IMG/VR virus record: IMGVR_UViG_3300045410_000040 | Coordinates: 1 to 41,590 of that record | Direction: 5' to 3' (one strand) | DNA length: 41,590 nucleotides | Source of the DNA: a virus | Lineage: Duplodnaviria > Caudoviricetes | Shown: in pieces, positions 24,975 through 33,439 of the stretch | How the letters are laid out: each line of letters opens with the position of its first letter | Position numbering within the stretch: position 1 is the stretch's first letter | The notes under the pieces: model-generated | What the model saw: only the letters and a program-made list of their open reading frames with translations | What the model was told of the DNA's origin: nothing | Database searches by the model: none | Made by a program: the position numbers and the translations under genes

Positions 24975-26318
24975 GTGGCGTTCACCATCACCACCCGCAC
25001 GTCGCAGGAGACGAGCGACGTCACAAGCCACAATGTCCTGCTGCCGGACGGATCGGACGTGTCCGGGCGGCGTGTCCTCATCGTCATCGGAGTGGACGGC
25101 GCCCCGAGCATCACGTGGCCGATGGGGTGGACCGAGTTCGCCGCCGGCTCCACCACCCAAACGCAACTGTCGGCGGCGTACCGAGACATCGACGGCACGG
25201 AGGGTTTCGACGGCACTGACGACGAGATCGTTTTCACCACGAGCGGCGGCGGTGAGCAGTCTAATCACCAGTCTTATTTGATCTCTGAGGGTCATGATGC
25301 CGCGACCGCGCCAGAGGCCGCTACGGCCGCTACGGGCGGCTCAGCCACACCGGACCCGCCGTCGCTCAACCCGTCCGGGTGGGGCACCGAGGAGACGTTG
25401 TGGATCGCGGCGGCGGCGCTGCGATTCAACGACACCTGGCTGTCCGCACCGACCAACTACACCGATCTACTCGCGCAGTCCGGTGGCGACGCGAATGCGC
25501 CGCTGGCCACGGCCCGTCGTGTACTGGAGGCCGAGTCTGAGGACCCGGGCTCATTCACCATCAACGACGGGTCATCCTGGGTCGCCACCACTATCGGCGT
25601 GCGGCCGGCCGCTGGTGGTGTCACCGAGCCGTACGGCCGCGTGACCGAAACCGAGACCGCCCGTGAGCTAGTCGCATCCAAGGCCGCTGTGTTCGGGCGT
25701 GCCGTCGAAGCAGCGGTCGTCCGCGGCTTCGCCACGATCCGTGACTACGCCACCAGCCGGGCCACCGAGACCGAGACGGCGCGCGCCTTCACAACCGATA
25801 AGAGCGCCGCGGTCGGGCGAATCGTCGAGCTGGAGACGGCACGTGCATTCGGGCTTGCCCGTGCTTACGGACTCGGCCGAGCCACCGAGACCGAAACGAT
25901 CCGCCCGTTTGACATTGGCAAGAGTGCCGCTGTCGGGCGCGCAAGCGAGACTGAGACGGCCCGGGCGTTCGGCACTACCTTCGGCGCCGTTTACGGCCGC
26001 GTGGTGGAGACCGAGACGGTTCACGGTTTCGCCGCCGCGAGGGCCGCGGACTTCAGTCGGGCCGCTGAAGTCGAAGCAGCGCGAGCGTTCGCCGCCGTGC
26101 TCGGCCATACCTACGGCCGAGTCACTGAGTCGGAGACAGCGCGCGGATTCGTCGCCGCGAAGACGGCCGCGTTCGGGCGGGCCGTCGAGACTGAGACCGT
26201 GCGGGTGTTCAGCGCTGCAGGGATCGCCGACCCGAACCCGTTCACCTTCACCCATCAAGAGCCGGCCCAATTCACGTACACCGAGTCCGCCGCCTTCACC
26301 TTCCAGGAGCCCACATGA
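24975..26318 (+). CDS. Putative virion appendage protein with 10 x 20-aa C-terminal repeats
   Basis: GGAGG SD; beta-rich N-domains; xGRxxETETxRxF repeats. Confidence 0.8.
   Translation: MAFTITTRTSQETSDVTSHNVLLPDGSDVSGRRVLIVIGVDGAPSITWPMGWTEFAAGSTTQTQLSAAYRDIDGTEGFDGTDDEIVFTTSGGGEQSNHQSYLISEGHDAATAPEAATAATGGSATPDPPSLNPSGWGTEETLWIAAAALRFNDTWLSAPTNYTDLLAQSGGDANAPLATARRVLEAESEDPGSFTINDGSSWVATTIGVRPAAGGVTEPYGRVTETETARELVASKAAVFGRAVEAAVVRGFATIRDYATSRATETETARAFTTDKSAAVGRIVELETARAFGLARAYGLGRATETETIRPFDIGKSAAVGRASETETARAFGTTFGAVYGRVVETETVHGFAAARAADFSRAAEVEAARAFAAVLGHTYGRVTESETARGFVAAKTAAFGRAVETETVRVFSAAGIADPNPFTFTHQEPAQFTYTESAAFTFQEPT
25632..26231 (+). repeat. Degenerate 60-bp tandem coding repeat, about 10 units
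   Basis: GAGACCGAGAC-type cores recur with a 20-codon period. Confidence 0.85.
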
Positions 26319-26656
26319 GCGATGTCGTCGGCCCCTACACCATTGGAGATGAACTTCCCTCGATCACGCCGACCTGGAAGGACTCGAACGGCAACGTCAT
26401 CGACTTCAGCAGCGGGTTCACCTACCGGCTACGGGTCGCCCTGAACGGCGTCACGGCCCTGGAGAAGACCAGCGGCATCACCGGAGCCTCGACCGCACCC
26501 AACATCACCATCGACTGGACTGTCGACGAGCTGGCCGCACTGACCGGTGGCCAGGTCTACACCGCGCAACTGCGGGCGCGCCGCACCTCGGACAACAAGG
26601 ACCGCACGCTGGCGTTCGCGGTCAAGACATCGGCCGAGCTGGGAGCCGTGCCGTAG
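26315..26656 (+). CDS. BppU-N-like beta-sandwich structural protein
   Basis: IGDELPSI...DSNGNVIDFS...YTAQLR; ATGA coupling. Confidence 0.65.
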   Translation: MSDVVGPYTIGDELPSITPTWKDSNGNVIDFSSGFTYRLRVALNGVTALEKTSGITGASTAPNITIDWTVDELAALTGGQVYTAQLRARRTSDNKDRTLAFAVKTSAELGAVP

Positions 26657-26678
26657 ACTCGACCTCGCATGCAGGCCC

Positions 26679-26713
26679 AGCCGCCCCTCGCCCAACGGTG
26701 AGGGGCGGCTTTC
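26679..26713. terminator. Intrinsic terminator between convergent operons
   Basis: AGCCGCCCCTCGCC/GGTGAGGGGCGGCT stem followed by a short T run. Confidence 0.8.
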
Positions 26714-26729
26714 CCTATTGCGGCGAGAC

Positions 26730-27017
26730 TCACCACGGACCTCCGTCCTCGGTCGGCTCATCCTTGACGGCACGCTTGATCCTGTCCAGATGCGTGCGCA
26801 GCAGACGCGCCTCGGTGTCGGCCTTCTCCCGTGCCACGATCGCCGCGCTCAACTGCTCCTTGAGCTGCTCGTCGGCTCGCCGGCCCTGCACCGCAAGTAT
26901 CTCGGCGGCAGCGCTGGAGGACAGCCCGCAGTACGGGCACGGCTCGTCATGCTCGAATGCGTGCGCAACACTGGACGCATACGAGTCGCATCCCGGGCAT
27001 GTAATCTTCCTGCTCAT
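26730..27017 (-). CDS. Zn-ribbon plus coiled-coil protein
   Basis: CPGC..CPYC; GAGGA SD. Confidence 0.75.
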   Translation of the reverse strand: MSRKITCPGCDSYASSVAHAFEHDEPCPYCGLSSSAAAEILAVQGRRADEQLKEQLSAAIVAREKADTEARLLRTHLDRIKRAVKDEPTEDGGPW

Positions 27018-27031
27018 CTGCTCATCCTCTC

Positions 27032-27325
27032 TCACTGCGGTATGGTGCGCCGCCGGTGCCGCGCATACTCCCCGATGATCTGGTTAGCCAGCTGGTGAGC
27101 TTGGGTCCACGACAAGCCCACCGACTGCTGCTCGAGCTGGCCGTCGACCAGCGCCAGCACCGGCCGCGCCGTCTCGTCCGACGTCCCGGCCACGATCAAC
27201 TGCACGGTCATCGGGCGCTGCGACCCCCACGAGCCCCCGGTCGCGACCAGCGTGAGGGCAGTCTGTTCGTGGACCATGTGCTCGCGCTCGGCGCTCTGAT
27301 CGCACCATTCAACCTGGCAGCTCAT
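27032..27325 (-). CDS. Hypothetical protein
   Basis: ATGA coupling; CxxxWC..H..H N-terminus. Confidence 0.7.
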   Translation of the reverse strand: MSCQVEWCDQSAEREHMVHEQTALTLVATGGSWGSQRPMTVQLIVAGTSDETARPVLALVDGQLEQQSVGLSWTQAHQLANQIIGEYARHRRRTIPQ

Positions 27326-27567
27326 CGCGCACTGCCGTGCGCCGCATCCACGTGCCGGATAGCGACCAGCCCGTAAGCCTGCGCGCCAGCCGCATCACCC
27401 ATCGCGGTAGTGACGCGGATCTGCGAGGCCAGGCAGGCGCAGTGCCAGCACAGATCCCGCACCGGTTCGTGTCCGGTCAGCACTGCCGGGATCGTTTGTC
27501 CCGGCCAGCTCGGATGTTCCAGGCCCGCCATGATCGGCGTGTGCTGTAGTTGTACCGTTTCCTCCAT
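27322..27567 (-). CDS. Hypothetical protein
   Basis: AAGGAG SD; CWHCAC. Confidence 0.65.
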   Translation of the reverse strand: MEETVQLQHTPIMAGLEHPSWPGQTIPAVLTGHEPVRDLCWHCACLASQIRVTTAMGDAAGAQAYGLVAIRHVDAAHGSAR

Positions 27568-27640
27568 CGGTCTCGACTCCTTCGCAGTCGGGTTCCGTTA
27601 GGCCCTCGTCGCTGTGTCCAGCAGCGGCGGGGGCCGCTTT

Positions 27641-27814
27641 CTATTTCGGGGTCTTCGGTAGCCAGATCGCCCACAGGTCGCAACCGGGGCAGCGGATCTG
27701 TATGTGCGTCTTGCTCATGCGCTCGGCCCAGTGATGCCATCCCACATAGCCGTCCGGACATGGCGTGTGCCTATCGACCTGCGGGCACGGCGGCGGGTCA
27801 CTGCGCGGCCGCAT
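27641..27814 (-). CDS. Small Zn-binding phage protein, 57 aa (..HTPCPDGYVGWHHWAERMSKTHIQIRCPGCDLWAIW..)
   Basis: Translated by hand; GGAGG SD; not in ORF track. Confidence 0.7.
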   Translation of the reverse strand: MRPRSDPPPCPQVDRHTPCPDGYVGWHHWAERMSKTHIQIRCPGCDLWAIWLPKTPK

Positions 27815-27992
27815 CGTTGCCCTCCATCTCGGCCTTGATGATGTTGGCCAACGCCTGGATACTGGCGTAGATCTGCCCGAGGTTTGTGGCCATCGTCCGC
27901 CCGTTGAACAGCTGACCTTCCAGCTTCATGGCGTCGGCCTCGGCGTCATCGGATATGTGCTGCAGTACCTCTAGCACGCGCTCGCGGTTCAT
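27798..27992 (-). CDS. Hypothetical protein (MNRERVLEVL...)
   Basis: GGAGGAG SD, TGATG coupling. Confidence 0.7.
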   Translation of the reverse strand: MNRERVLEVLQHISDDAEADAMKLEGQLFNGRTMATNLGQIYASIQALANIIKAEMEGNDAAAQ

Positions 27993-28099
27993 CACTCCTC
28001 CTCCTGTTCGTCCCGTTCGGCCTCGCACCGCGGTGGCACGGCGGCCAGGTGGGTGGCGGTGCGGGCCATCGCCGCGATCGCCGGCGTGTGGTCGGTCAT
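27992..28099 (-). CDS. Small hypothetical protein, 35 aa
   Basis: AAGGAG SD, coupled at both ends. Confidence 0.5.
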   Translation of the reverse strand: MTDHTPAIAAMARTATHLAAVPPRCEAERDEQEEE

Positions 28100-28389
28100 C
28101 GGTCGTACTCCTTCAACATGGCGGCCAACTCATTCATCTCTGTGGAGACCTGCGCGACCGGTGTCCAGAACACACGCACGTCGTACTCGTGATAGACGCG
28201 GCGGCACTTCCCCTGACGTTCCAGTGCGCGCAGGTTCTTGTACACCACCTGGCCGGCGTCGAAGCCTTCCGGCCTGGACGGGTGAGTGCGCCCCACCGCA
28301 CCCGCCACCTGATCCGTCGACAGCGGCTTGTCCGCTGCGCCGAGAGCGGTCATGATCTGATCGCGCAGGGCGACGGTCGCGGCCTTCAT
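28096..28389 (-). CDS. Winged-helix DNA-binding protein
   Basis: IMTAL...PLSTDQVA...VYKNLRALERQG. Confidence 0.7.
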   Translation of the reverse strand: MKAATVALRDQIMTALGAADKPLSTDQVAGAVGRTHPSRPEGFDAGQVVYKNLRALERQGKCRRVYHEYDVRVFWTPVAQVSTEMNELAAMLKEYDR

Positions 28390-28586
28390 GACCCGCTCAC
28401 CGCCTCGGCCGCCAGCCGGTCGAACGCCTCGTACGCATTGCGCGCCGCTTCCAGGTTGCCCTCTTTGATGCAGAGGCGCAGGAGGGCGACCAGCACGACG
28501 TAGCGGTCATGCTGCGCGTCCCAGATGGCGAGCGCAGCGTAGTAGTACTCGACGGTGCCGTGGCGCGGCTGTGTCGTGGTGGTCAT
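28386..28586 (-). CDS. Hypothetical protein
   Basis: ATGA coupling within operon. Confidence 0.65.
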   Translation of the reverse strand: MTTTTQPRHGTVEYYYAALAIWDAQHDRYVVLVALLRLCIKEGNLEAARNAYEAFDRLAAEAVSGS

Positions 28587-28589
28587 CGG

Positions 28590-28766
28590 TCAGTCCCCCG
28601 GGCTCTCGTCGGCGATCAGATTCCATGTGCGCGCAAGCTCATCGCGGCGCGCCTCGGCGTCGGCTCGCTGCCAGATCGGCAGCGAATCGTCTGTGCGGAT
28701 GTCGTCCAACTCGCTGAAGCGCAGCACAAAACGCGGCCACAACTCGTCCCGCTTCTTGGTGGTCAT
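28590..28766 (-). CDS. Hypothetical protein, 58 aa (MTTKKRDELWPRF...)
   Basis: GGAGG SD; fills the operon gap exactly. Confidence 0.65.
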   Translation of the reverse strand: MTTKKRDELWPRFVLRFSELDDIRTDDSLPIWQRADAEARRDELARTWNLIADESPGD

Positions 28767-28769
28767 CGC

Positions 28770-29225
28770 TCAGCCCTCCGCAAGCAAGGTGCAGGCGAGA
28801 ATCGCGGAGTCGTGCTCGGTGCGGTCCAACGCCTCGACCTTCGCCGTGGAATCTTCGACGATCTGCGTGAACTCAGTAGTGATCATGTAGCCATCAGCGA
28901 CGAGGATGTCCTGCACGTCTCTGAGAAGCTCCAGGCTGATGTCCGCCAGATCCATGCGCAGCGTCTCGGCCAGCTCGATGGCATGGACGCAGATCTCCGG
29001 TGTCACTTCGACCTCGACAGTCTCGGTCACGGTCTCGACGACTGGCTCTGCGGTGACGGTCTCAGCCGTGGCCGGCTCGACGGTGGCCGGCGTCTCGCCG
29101 CAGGCCGACAGCACAGCCAGCAGCGCGACGACAGCCAGGGTGGCCAGCGCGGGCCACAGCCAGCCGGGGCGGCGGGTGGCCTCGCGGTGACGGCCGTGGA
29201 TTGTGGTGGTCTCTGCGGTGGTCAT
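28770..29225 (-). CDS. Lipoprotein, candidate superinfection-exclusion or lysogenic-conversion factor
   Basis: Basic n-region, hydrophobic h-region, lipobox LSA-C, Thr/Glu linker; GGAGG SD. Confidence 0.75.
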   Translation of the reverse strand: MTTAETTTIHGRHREATRRPGWLWPALATLAVVALLAVLSACGETPATVEPATAETVTAEPVVETVTETVEVEVTPEICVHAIELAETLRMDLADISLELLRDVQDILVADGYMITTEFTQIVEDSTAKVEALDRTEHDSAILACTLLAEG

Positions 29226-29243
29226 GTGATGCCCTCCAGATTC

Positions 29244-29261
29244 GCGTTACCTAGGTAACGC
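29244..29261. promoter_or_regulatory. Perfect 18-bp palindrome GCGTTACCTAGGTAACGC (operator or integrase arm site)
   Basis: TAGGYAAC core recurs at 29428 and 29441. Confidence 0.65.
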
Positions 29262-29363
29262 ATTGACGTCTAGTAGGTCGCATCTCTCGACATCCCGTCA
29301 AGAGTCCATATAGGCTCTGACCTGGCGTGATACCTGGTCAGGGACTCAGGAGACTGGGCGGCT

Positions 29364-29392
29364 GTGGGGGTTCAAGTCCCCCCTCGGACACC
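29364..29392 (+). mobile_element. attP: attP core, matching the 3' end of an actinobacterial tRNA-Leu (probably GAG)
   Basis: GTGGGGGTTCAAGTCCCCCCTCGGACACC is a T-arm plus acceptor strand only; flanked by CTGACCTG motifs; next to integrase. Confidence 0.85.
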
Positions 29393-29475
29393 GTTCTGAC
29401 CTGCGACCTTGTAGCCTCAAGCTACACTAGGTAACACCATTAGGCAACACCTAGTATCAAATCGTAGGAGATCAC

Positions 29476-30603
29476 ATGGCGTCGTTACAGCGCAGGGACG
29501 GCAAGAACGGCCCCCGATGGCGGGTCCTGTACCGGGTCGACGGCAAGCTCCTGGCCGACACGTTCGGCCATCCCGACGGCGCCACCGAGTACAAGGCCCT
29601 GGTCGAGCGAATCGGCGGACAGGCCGCCCGCGAAGTCCTGCACCAGCGTCGCGGGTCTGCCGGCGCCGGACGCATACCCACCGTCGAGCAGGCGCTTGAT
29701 CAGCACATCGACGCGCTGCACGCCGTCACCGACGGCACCCGCTCGGACTACCGCAAGATCGCCAAGCTCATCAGTGACGGGCCGCTCGGACCGCTTCCGG
29801 TCGACGCGGTCACCACCGACGCCGTCAACCGCTGGGTCGCCGGCCAGAAGGCATCGGCCAAGACCAAGCGCAACAGGCACGGGCTGCTGTTCGCCGCGCT
29901 CAAGCGGCAGGTGAAGGCCGGGAACATCGCGGCCAACCCGTGCGACGACGTCCAGATCGCCCGCACCGAGCGTGCCGAGATGACCATCGTCAACGACTCC
30001 GAGCTCGCGCTGATCCTTGGTCACATGGACGCCCACTGGCACGCACTGATCCTGACCCTGTTCTCGACCGGGCTGCGGTTCGGCGAGGCCACCGCGGTGC
30101 AGGTGCGTGATCTGGACCTGGACGCCGAGCCCCCGATGCTGCGGGTCAGCCGGTCGTGGAAGCACACCGACACCTCGGCCCGCGAGCTGGGCGCGCCGAA
30201 GACCGCGAAAGGCCGCCGCCCGGTGTCGCTGCCACCTGCGCTGGCCGTGCTGCTGCACGATCTGACCGACGGCTGGCCGCGCGAGGCGTTCGTATTCGTC
30301 AACAAGCACGGCCGCCCGGTGCGGCAGAACAGCCTGCACGAGATCTGGTCGGCCGCGCTCGACGACGCCGACATCGGCAAGCGCCCCCGCATCCACGACC
30401 TACGGCACTCACACGTAGCGGCGATGATCGCCGCCGGGGTGCCGTTGCCGGTCATCATGCGCCGCCTCGGTCACGAGTCGATCACGACCACCGTCGACAC
30501 GTACGGGCATCTGTCGGACGATGCCATGTCCATCACCGCCCAAGCCGCGGCGATCAGTATCGCTGCGGTGCTCCCGGAGATCGAGCCGCCCCCATCCGGG
30601 TAG
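29476..30603 (+). CDS. int: Tyrosine integrase
   Basis: TGLRFGE, PKT, HDLRH, LGH, DTYGH catalytic set. Confidence 0.97.
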   Translation: MASLQRRDGKNGPRWRVLYRVDGKLLADTFGHPDGATEYKALVERIGGQAAREVLHQRRGSAGAGRIPTVEQALDQHIDALHAVTDGTRSDYRKIAKLISDGPLGPLPVDAVTTDAVNRWVAGQKASAKTKRNRHGLLFAALKRQVKAGNIAANPCDDVQIARTERAEMTIVNDSELALILGHMDAHWHALILTLFSTGLRFGEATAVQVRDLDLDAEPPMLRVSRSWKHTDTSARELGAPKTAKGRRPVSLPPALAVLLHDLTDGWPREAFVFVNKHGRPVRQNSLHEIWSAALDDADIGKRPRIHDLRHSHVAAMIAAGVPLPVIMRRLGHESITTTVDTYGHLSDDAMSITAQAAAISIAAVLPEIEPPPSG

Positions 30604-30703
30604 CGCTGCGATCTGATGCGACAACGCGACGATGGCTTGCTCCCATTCCTGGCGTGTCTCCCCCTGATCCATAACATCGACGCTACGACGCACCCCGGAC
30701 ACG

Positions 30704-31057
30704 TCAACCAGCGTTCGGCTCATCCTCGGCGGTACGAACGACGCGCGGCGGTGGCTGGATGGGTGGAAGCTGATCGTCCAGTTGGTTGATCAGAGCATCA
30801 CGGGCCGACTCGGCTGCATCCTCAGCCTGAGCGACAAGCTCGACCGCTCTCATGCCGACGAACTCGGCCATGGCGGCGAGCTGGTCGACGTTGATGTGGA
30901 TGCGCGAGTTCAGGATGCGCGACATGTGATTGCGCGACACGCCGATGGCCGCAGCCATCTCGGCATGCTTGCGCCGCTGCTCGGCAAGCCTCCCCCGGAT
31001 GATGGACGCGACACGTCTCTCTAGGGGGCTCACAGGTGTGCCTGTTCCTCGTGGCAT
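30704..31057 (-). CDS. Immunity repressor (XRE-family HTH)
   Basis: EMAAAIGVSRNHMSRILN; divergent from cro; start may be 31057, 31087 or 31093. Confidence 0.85.
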   Translation of the reverse strand: MPRGTGTPVSPLERRVASIIRGRLAEQRRKHAEMAAAIGVSRNHMSRILNSRIHINVDQLAAMAEFVGMRAVELVAQAEDAAESARDALINQLDDQLPPIQPPPRVVRTAEDEPNAG

Positions 31058-31154
31058 GCCGTCACTCTTGCATAGCGGGTGAGTCATTGCCATATATGCA
31101 TGACTAACATCACAGGTGCAGCCTCACACATCTAGATGCGTCGGCGCGTTCCCA

Positions 31155-31183
31155 TTGCACCATGCACCTATCTAGAGTACGTT
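31155..31183 (+). promoter_or_regulatory. Putative early lytic promoter TTGCAC-N17-TACGTT, leaderless transcript
   Basis: SigA-like hexamers; ATG 31190 follows after a 6-nt spacer with no SD. Confidence 0.6.
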
Positions 31184-31189
31184 GCACTC

Positions 31190-31426
31190 ATGCAGACCAC
31201 GACGGAGCGGATCGGCGCTGAACTTAGAGCCGAGATCGCACGGCAAAGACGCAGCGCCACCGACGTCGCAGAACGGGCCGGAATGGTCACCTCGACCCTC
31301 ACCCGCAAGCTCGATGGCCAGTATCCGTTCAACACCAGCGAACTTGAGGCCGTGACGTCAGCACTGGGCATCACGATGACTGAGCTATTCCGTCGTGCCG
31401 ACACTCACGCCGAGGAGGTCGTCTGA
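31190..31426 (+). CDS. Cro-like HTH protein
   Basis: LRAEIARQRRSATDVAERAGM..STLTRKLDG. Confidence 0.85.
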   Translation: MQTTTERIGAELRAEIARQRRSATDVAERAGMVTSTLTRKLDGQYPFNTSELEAVTSALGITMTELFRRADTHAEEVV

Positions 31427-31557
31427 TGGCCGCCCAACCCATGCCGCCGCGGACCGAGAAGGACGAGGAACAGCTCCAGTCCGCGATCGACAAGCACCCC
31501 AAGGCAGAGGGGTCCATCGGCGCCCAAGTCCGGCAGGGCGCAAAGGAAAACGCATGA
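31426..31557 (+). CDS. Small hypothetical protein, 43 aa
   Basis: GGAGG SD; TGATG and ATGA coupling. Confidence 0.55.
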   Translation: MAAQPMPPRTEKDEEQLQSAIDKHPKAEGSIGAQVRQGAKENA

Positions 31558-31772
31558 GCACCGACAAGATGCTCACCACACGCGACGTCGCCGAACGTCT
31601 CGGCTACACCACCTCGGTCGTGTCGAACCACGCCAAGAACGGCCACATCCCCGGCGCCGTCAAGGTCTGGGGTACGTGGCGGTTCGACCCCGACGCGCTC
31701 GACGCATGGCTCGCCTCGAGCGCCGAAGCCGTCGACACGTGGGCCAAGCCGAGCCGGGGGTTCGCGGCATGA
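31554..31772 (+). CDS. xis: Excisionase / MerR-like HTH
   Basis: MLTTRDVAERLG...GHIPGAVKVWGTWRF..LDAWL. Confidence 0.8.
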   Translation: MSTDKMLTTRDVAERLGYTTSVVSNHAKNGHIPGAVKVWGTWRFDPDALDAWLASSAEAVDTWAKPSRGFAA

Positions 31773-32356
31773 TCGATTACGACGAGCAGACCCAGCAGGA
31801 GTACGACGCCGAGAGCACGCGCGCCAACGACGCCATCGCGAGCATGATCGCAAGCGGTGAGAACGTCCTGGCATACATGCGGTACGGCGTCCCGAACTGC
31901 ATGTTCTGGCCTATGCCCGACGCGGAGGTCATAGCCCAGCCTCTGGTCGAAGATGGGCTGTACTCGCCCCGGCTGAACGCTTGGTCGAAGGATCGCGGCT
32001 GCGCCATCTGCGGCTTGGATCGCCGCCTTGTCACCGACCATTGCCACACTACCGGACTCGTCCGCGGCTACATCTGCCGTCACTGCAACACCGATGAGGG
32101 CACCGGCAATTGGGCGTCATGGATGATCCGCTGGCGCGGCGGCTGGAACCCTGGCGTGCTGCTCGGCATCGAGGACGAGTACTACGACATCACGGGTCAG
32201 TTAGTGATCTCCGAGCAGGGTCGGCGGCTACGCATGAGCAGCGACGAACGCGCCGCCTATGACGTCGACAAGGTGGCTCGGCTCCGGGCCGCTGTCACGG
32301 GGAGAGCGTCGTCGACCAAGCCGATCACAGACCCGCCACCGCCGAAGGAGACGTGA
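31769..32356 (+). CDS. Endonuclease VII domain protein
   Basis: CAICG..LVTDHCHTTGLVRGYICRHCN. Confidence 0.88.
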   Translation: MIDYDEQTQQEYDAESTRANDAIASMIASGENVLAYMRYGVPNCMFWPMPDAEVIAQPLVEDGLYSPRLNAWSKDRGCAICGLDRRLVTDHCHTTGLVRGYICRHCNTDEGTGNWASWMIRWRGGWNPGVLLGIEDEYYDITGQLVISEQGRRLRMSSDERAAYDVDKVARLRAAVTGRASSTKPITDPPPPKET

Positions 32357-32357
32357 C

Positions 32358-32489
32358 ATGACTCACTACCGCGGACGCAGGCGCCATGCCATCAAGAGCG
32401 ACAGTTGCGGCGAGGCGGTCGTGCTGATCGCGATCCTTGCCGGTGGCTGGCTGCACATGGTCGGCACCTCGGTGGGGTGGTGGACATGA
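32358..32489 (+). CDS. Small membrane protein
   Basis: AAGGAG SD; one TM. Confidence 0.55.
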   Translation: MTHYRGRRRHAIKSDSCGEAVVLIAILAGGWLHMVGTSVGWWT

Positions 32490-32578
32490 ACCGCCGCCAC
32501 CCGTTCCGGCCGCTGGCCGTTTCCGCGCTCGCCGCCGCGCTGTGGCTCGCCGCGCTCATCTGGACGGGGGTGGTCTGA
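32486..32578 (+). CDS. Small membrane peptide, 30 aa
   Basis: ATGA coupling; MNRRHPFRPLAVSALAAALWLAALIWTGVV. Confidence 0.5.
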   Translation: MNRRHPFRPLAVSALAAALWLAALIWTGVV

Positions 32579-32580
32579 GC

Positions 32581-33176
32581 GTGTTCGACGAACTATCCCC
32601 GCCGTACGCCACCATCGTCGCTGATCCACCCTGGCCGACTGGTGTCAAGGGCTCTGGCTACGTGCGCGGCGTCGGGCGTCGTTACGGCGCAGGTGGCCGA
32701 CGCCGGCGAGCAACCTCGCTGGGCTACTCCACGATGCCGCTCGAGGACATCTACGCGCTTCCTGTCGCGGATCTGGCCGCCGACAATGCCGCACTGTGGC
32801 TGTGGGTCACCGCAGGCCACAACCGCGCCGGAGTGGGCATGGCGTGCGCCCAGGCGTGGGGGTTCTCGATCGTCGGCGAGTTCGTGTGGGCCAAGCCGAA
32901 CTACGGAATGGGTGCCTTTCCGCGGCCACAGCACGAGATCCTGCTCGTCTGCCGTAGAGGCTCCGTCGTATTTGATCGCGCCGATGTCGGCAGCGTGCAG
33001 AACTGGCGCCAGGACTACGGATTTCGGCAAGCGGCACAGCGCGAAGCCCGTCGGGGCGTACGACCTGATCGAGAGCGTCAGCCCCGGCCCCTATGTGGAG
33101 CTGTTCTGCCGCCGTCCCGTACTCGGCTGGGATTTCGTGGGGCTGGGGTTACGAGCGTGAGGCGGTGACCCCATGA
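32581..33176 (+). pseudogene. MT-A70 family N6-adenine methyltransferase split over three frames
   Basis: IVADPPW, LWLWVT, WAKP, HEILL in frame 1; HSAKP..VELFCRR..GWD in the +1 frame; SWGWGYE in the next +1 frame. Confidence 0.85.
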
Positions 33177-33439
33177 CCGCCGCCACCGTGCCGGGCGTCG
33201 ACCTGGACACGCTGCTCGACCAGGACAGCGAGCGGGCGTGCGAGATCTTCGACGAGGACGGGTTGACCCGCTGCGGCAACATCGCTGACTGGGTTCTGTC
33301 CGCGGACTGCCTTGACCGCTGCGAATCCGGTCCGGAGTTCATGTGCGAGCCATGCCGGCAAGTGCTGGTCAGTGAGGGCTTCGAGTGCGTGCACTGCCAG
33401 GCGGATGCCGTAGTCGCGTGGATCGAGCCGCTGCGATGA
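33173..33439 (+). CDS. Cys-rich hypothetical protein
   Basis: Multiple CxxC; ATGA coupling. Confidence 0.7.
   Translation: MTAATVPGVDLDTLLDQDSERACEIFDEDGLTRCGNIADWVLSADCLDRCESGPEFMCEPCRQVLVSEGFECVHCQADAVVAWIEPLR

Noticed and set aside
25632-26231. CRISPR-like or DGR-like array
   Set aside because: Units are degenerate in-frame coding repeats; no cas or reverse transcriptase gene and no adenine-specific TR/VR pair seen.
29340-29395. tRNA gene
   Set aside because: Only the T-arm and 3' acceptor strand are present, with no 5' half or anticodon arm; interpreted as attP.
30409-30723. Minus-strand ORF downstream of the repressor overlapping the int 3' end
   Set aside because: About 195 nt antisense overlap with integrase catalytic codons and no recognisable motif; a short real gene cannot be excluded.
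29364-31057. Integration-dependent immunity system
   Set aside because: attP is not within the repressor gene, and no clear ssrA-like tag is seen on Int.
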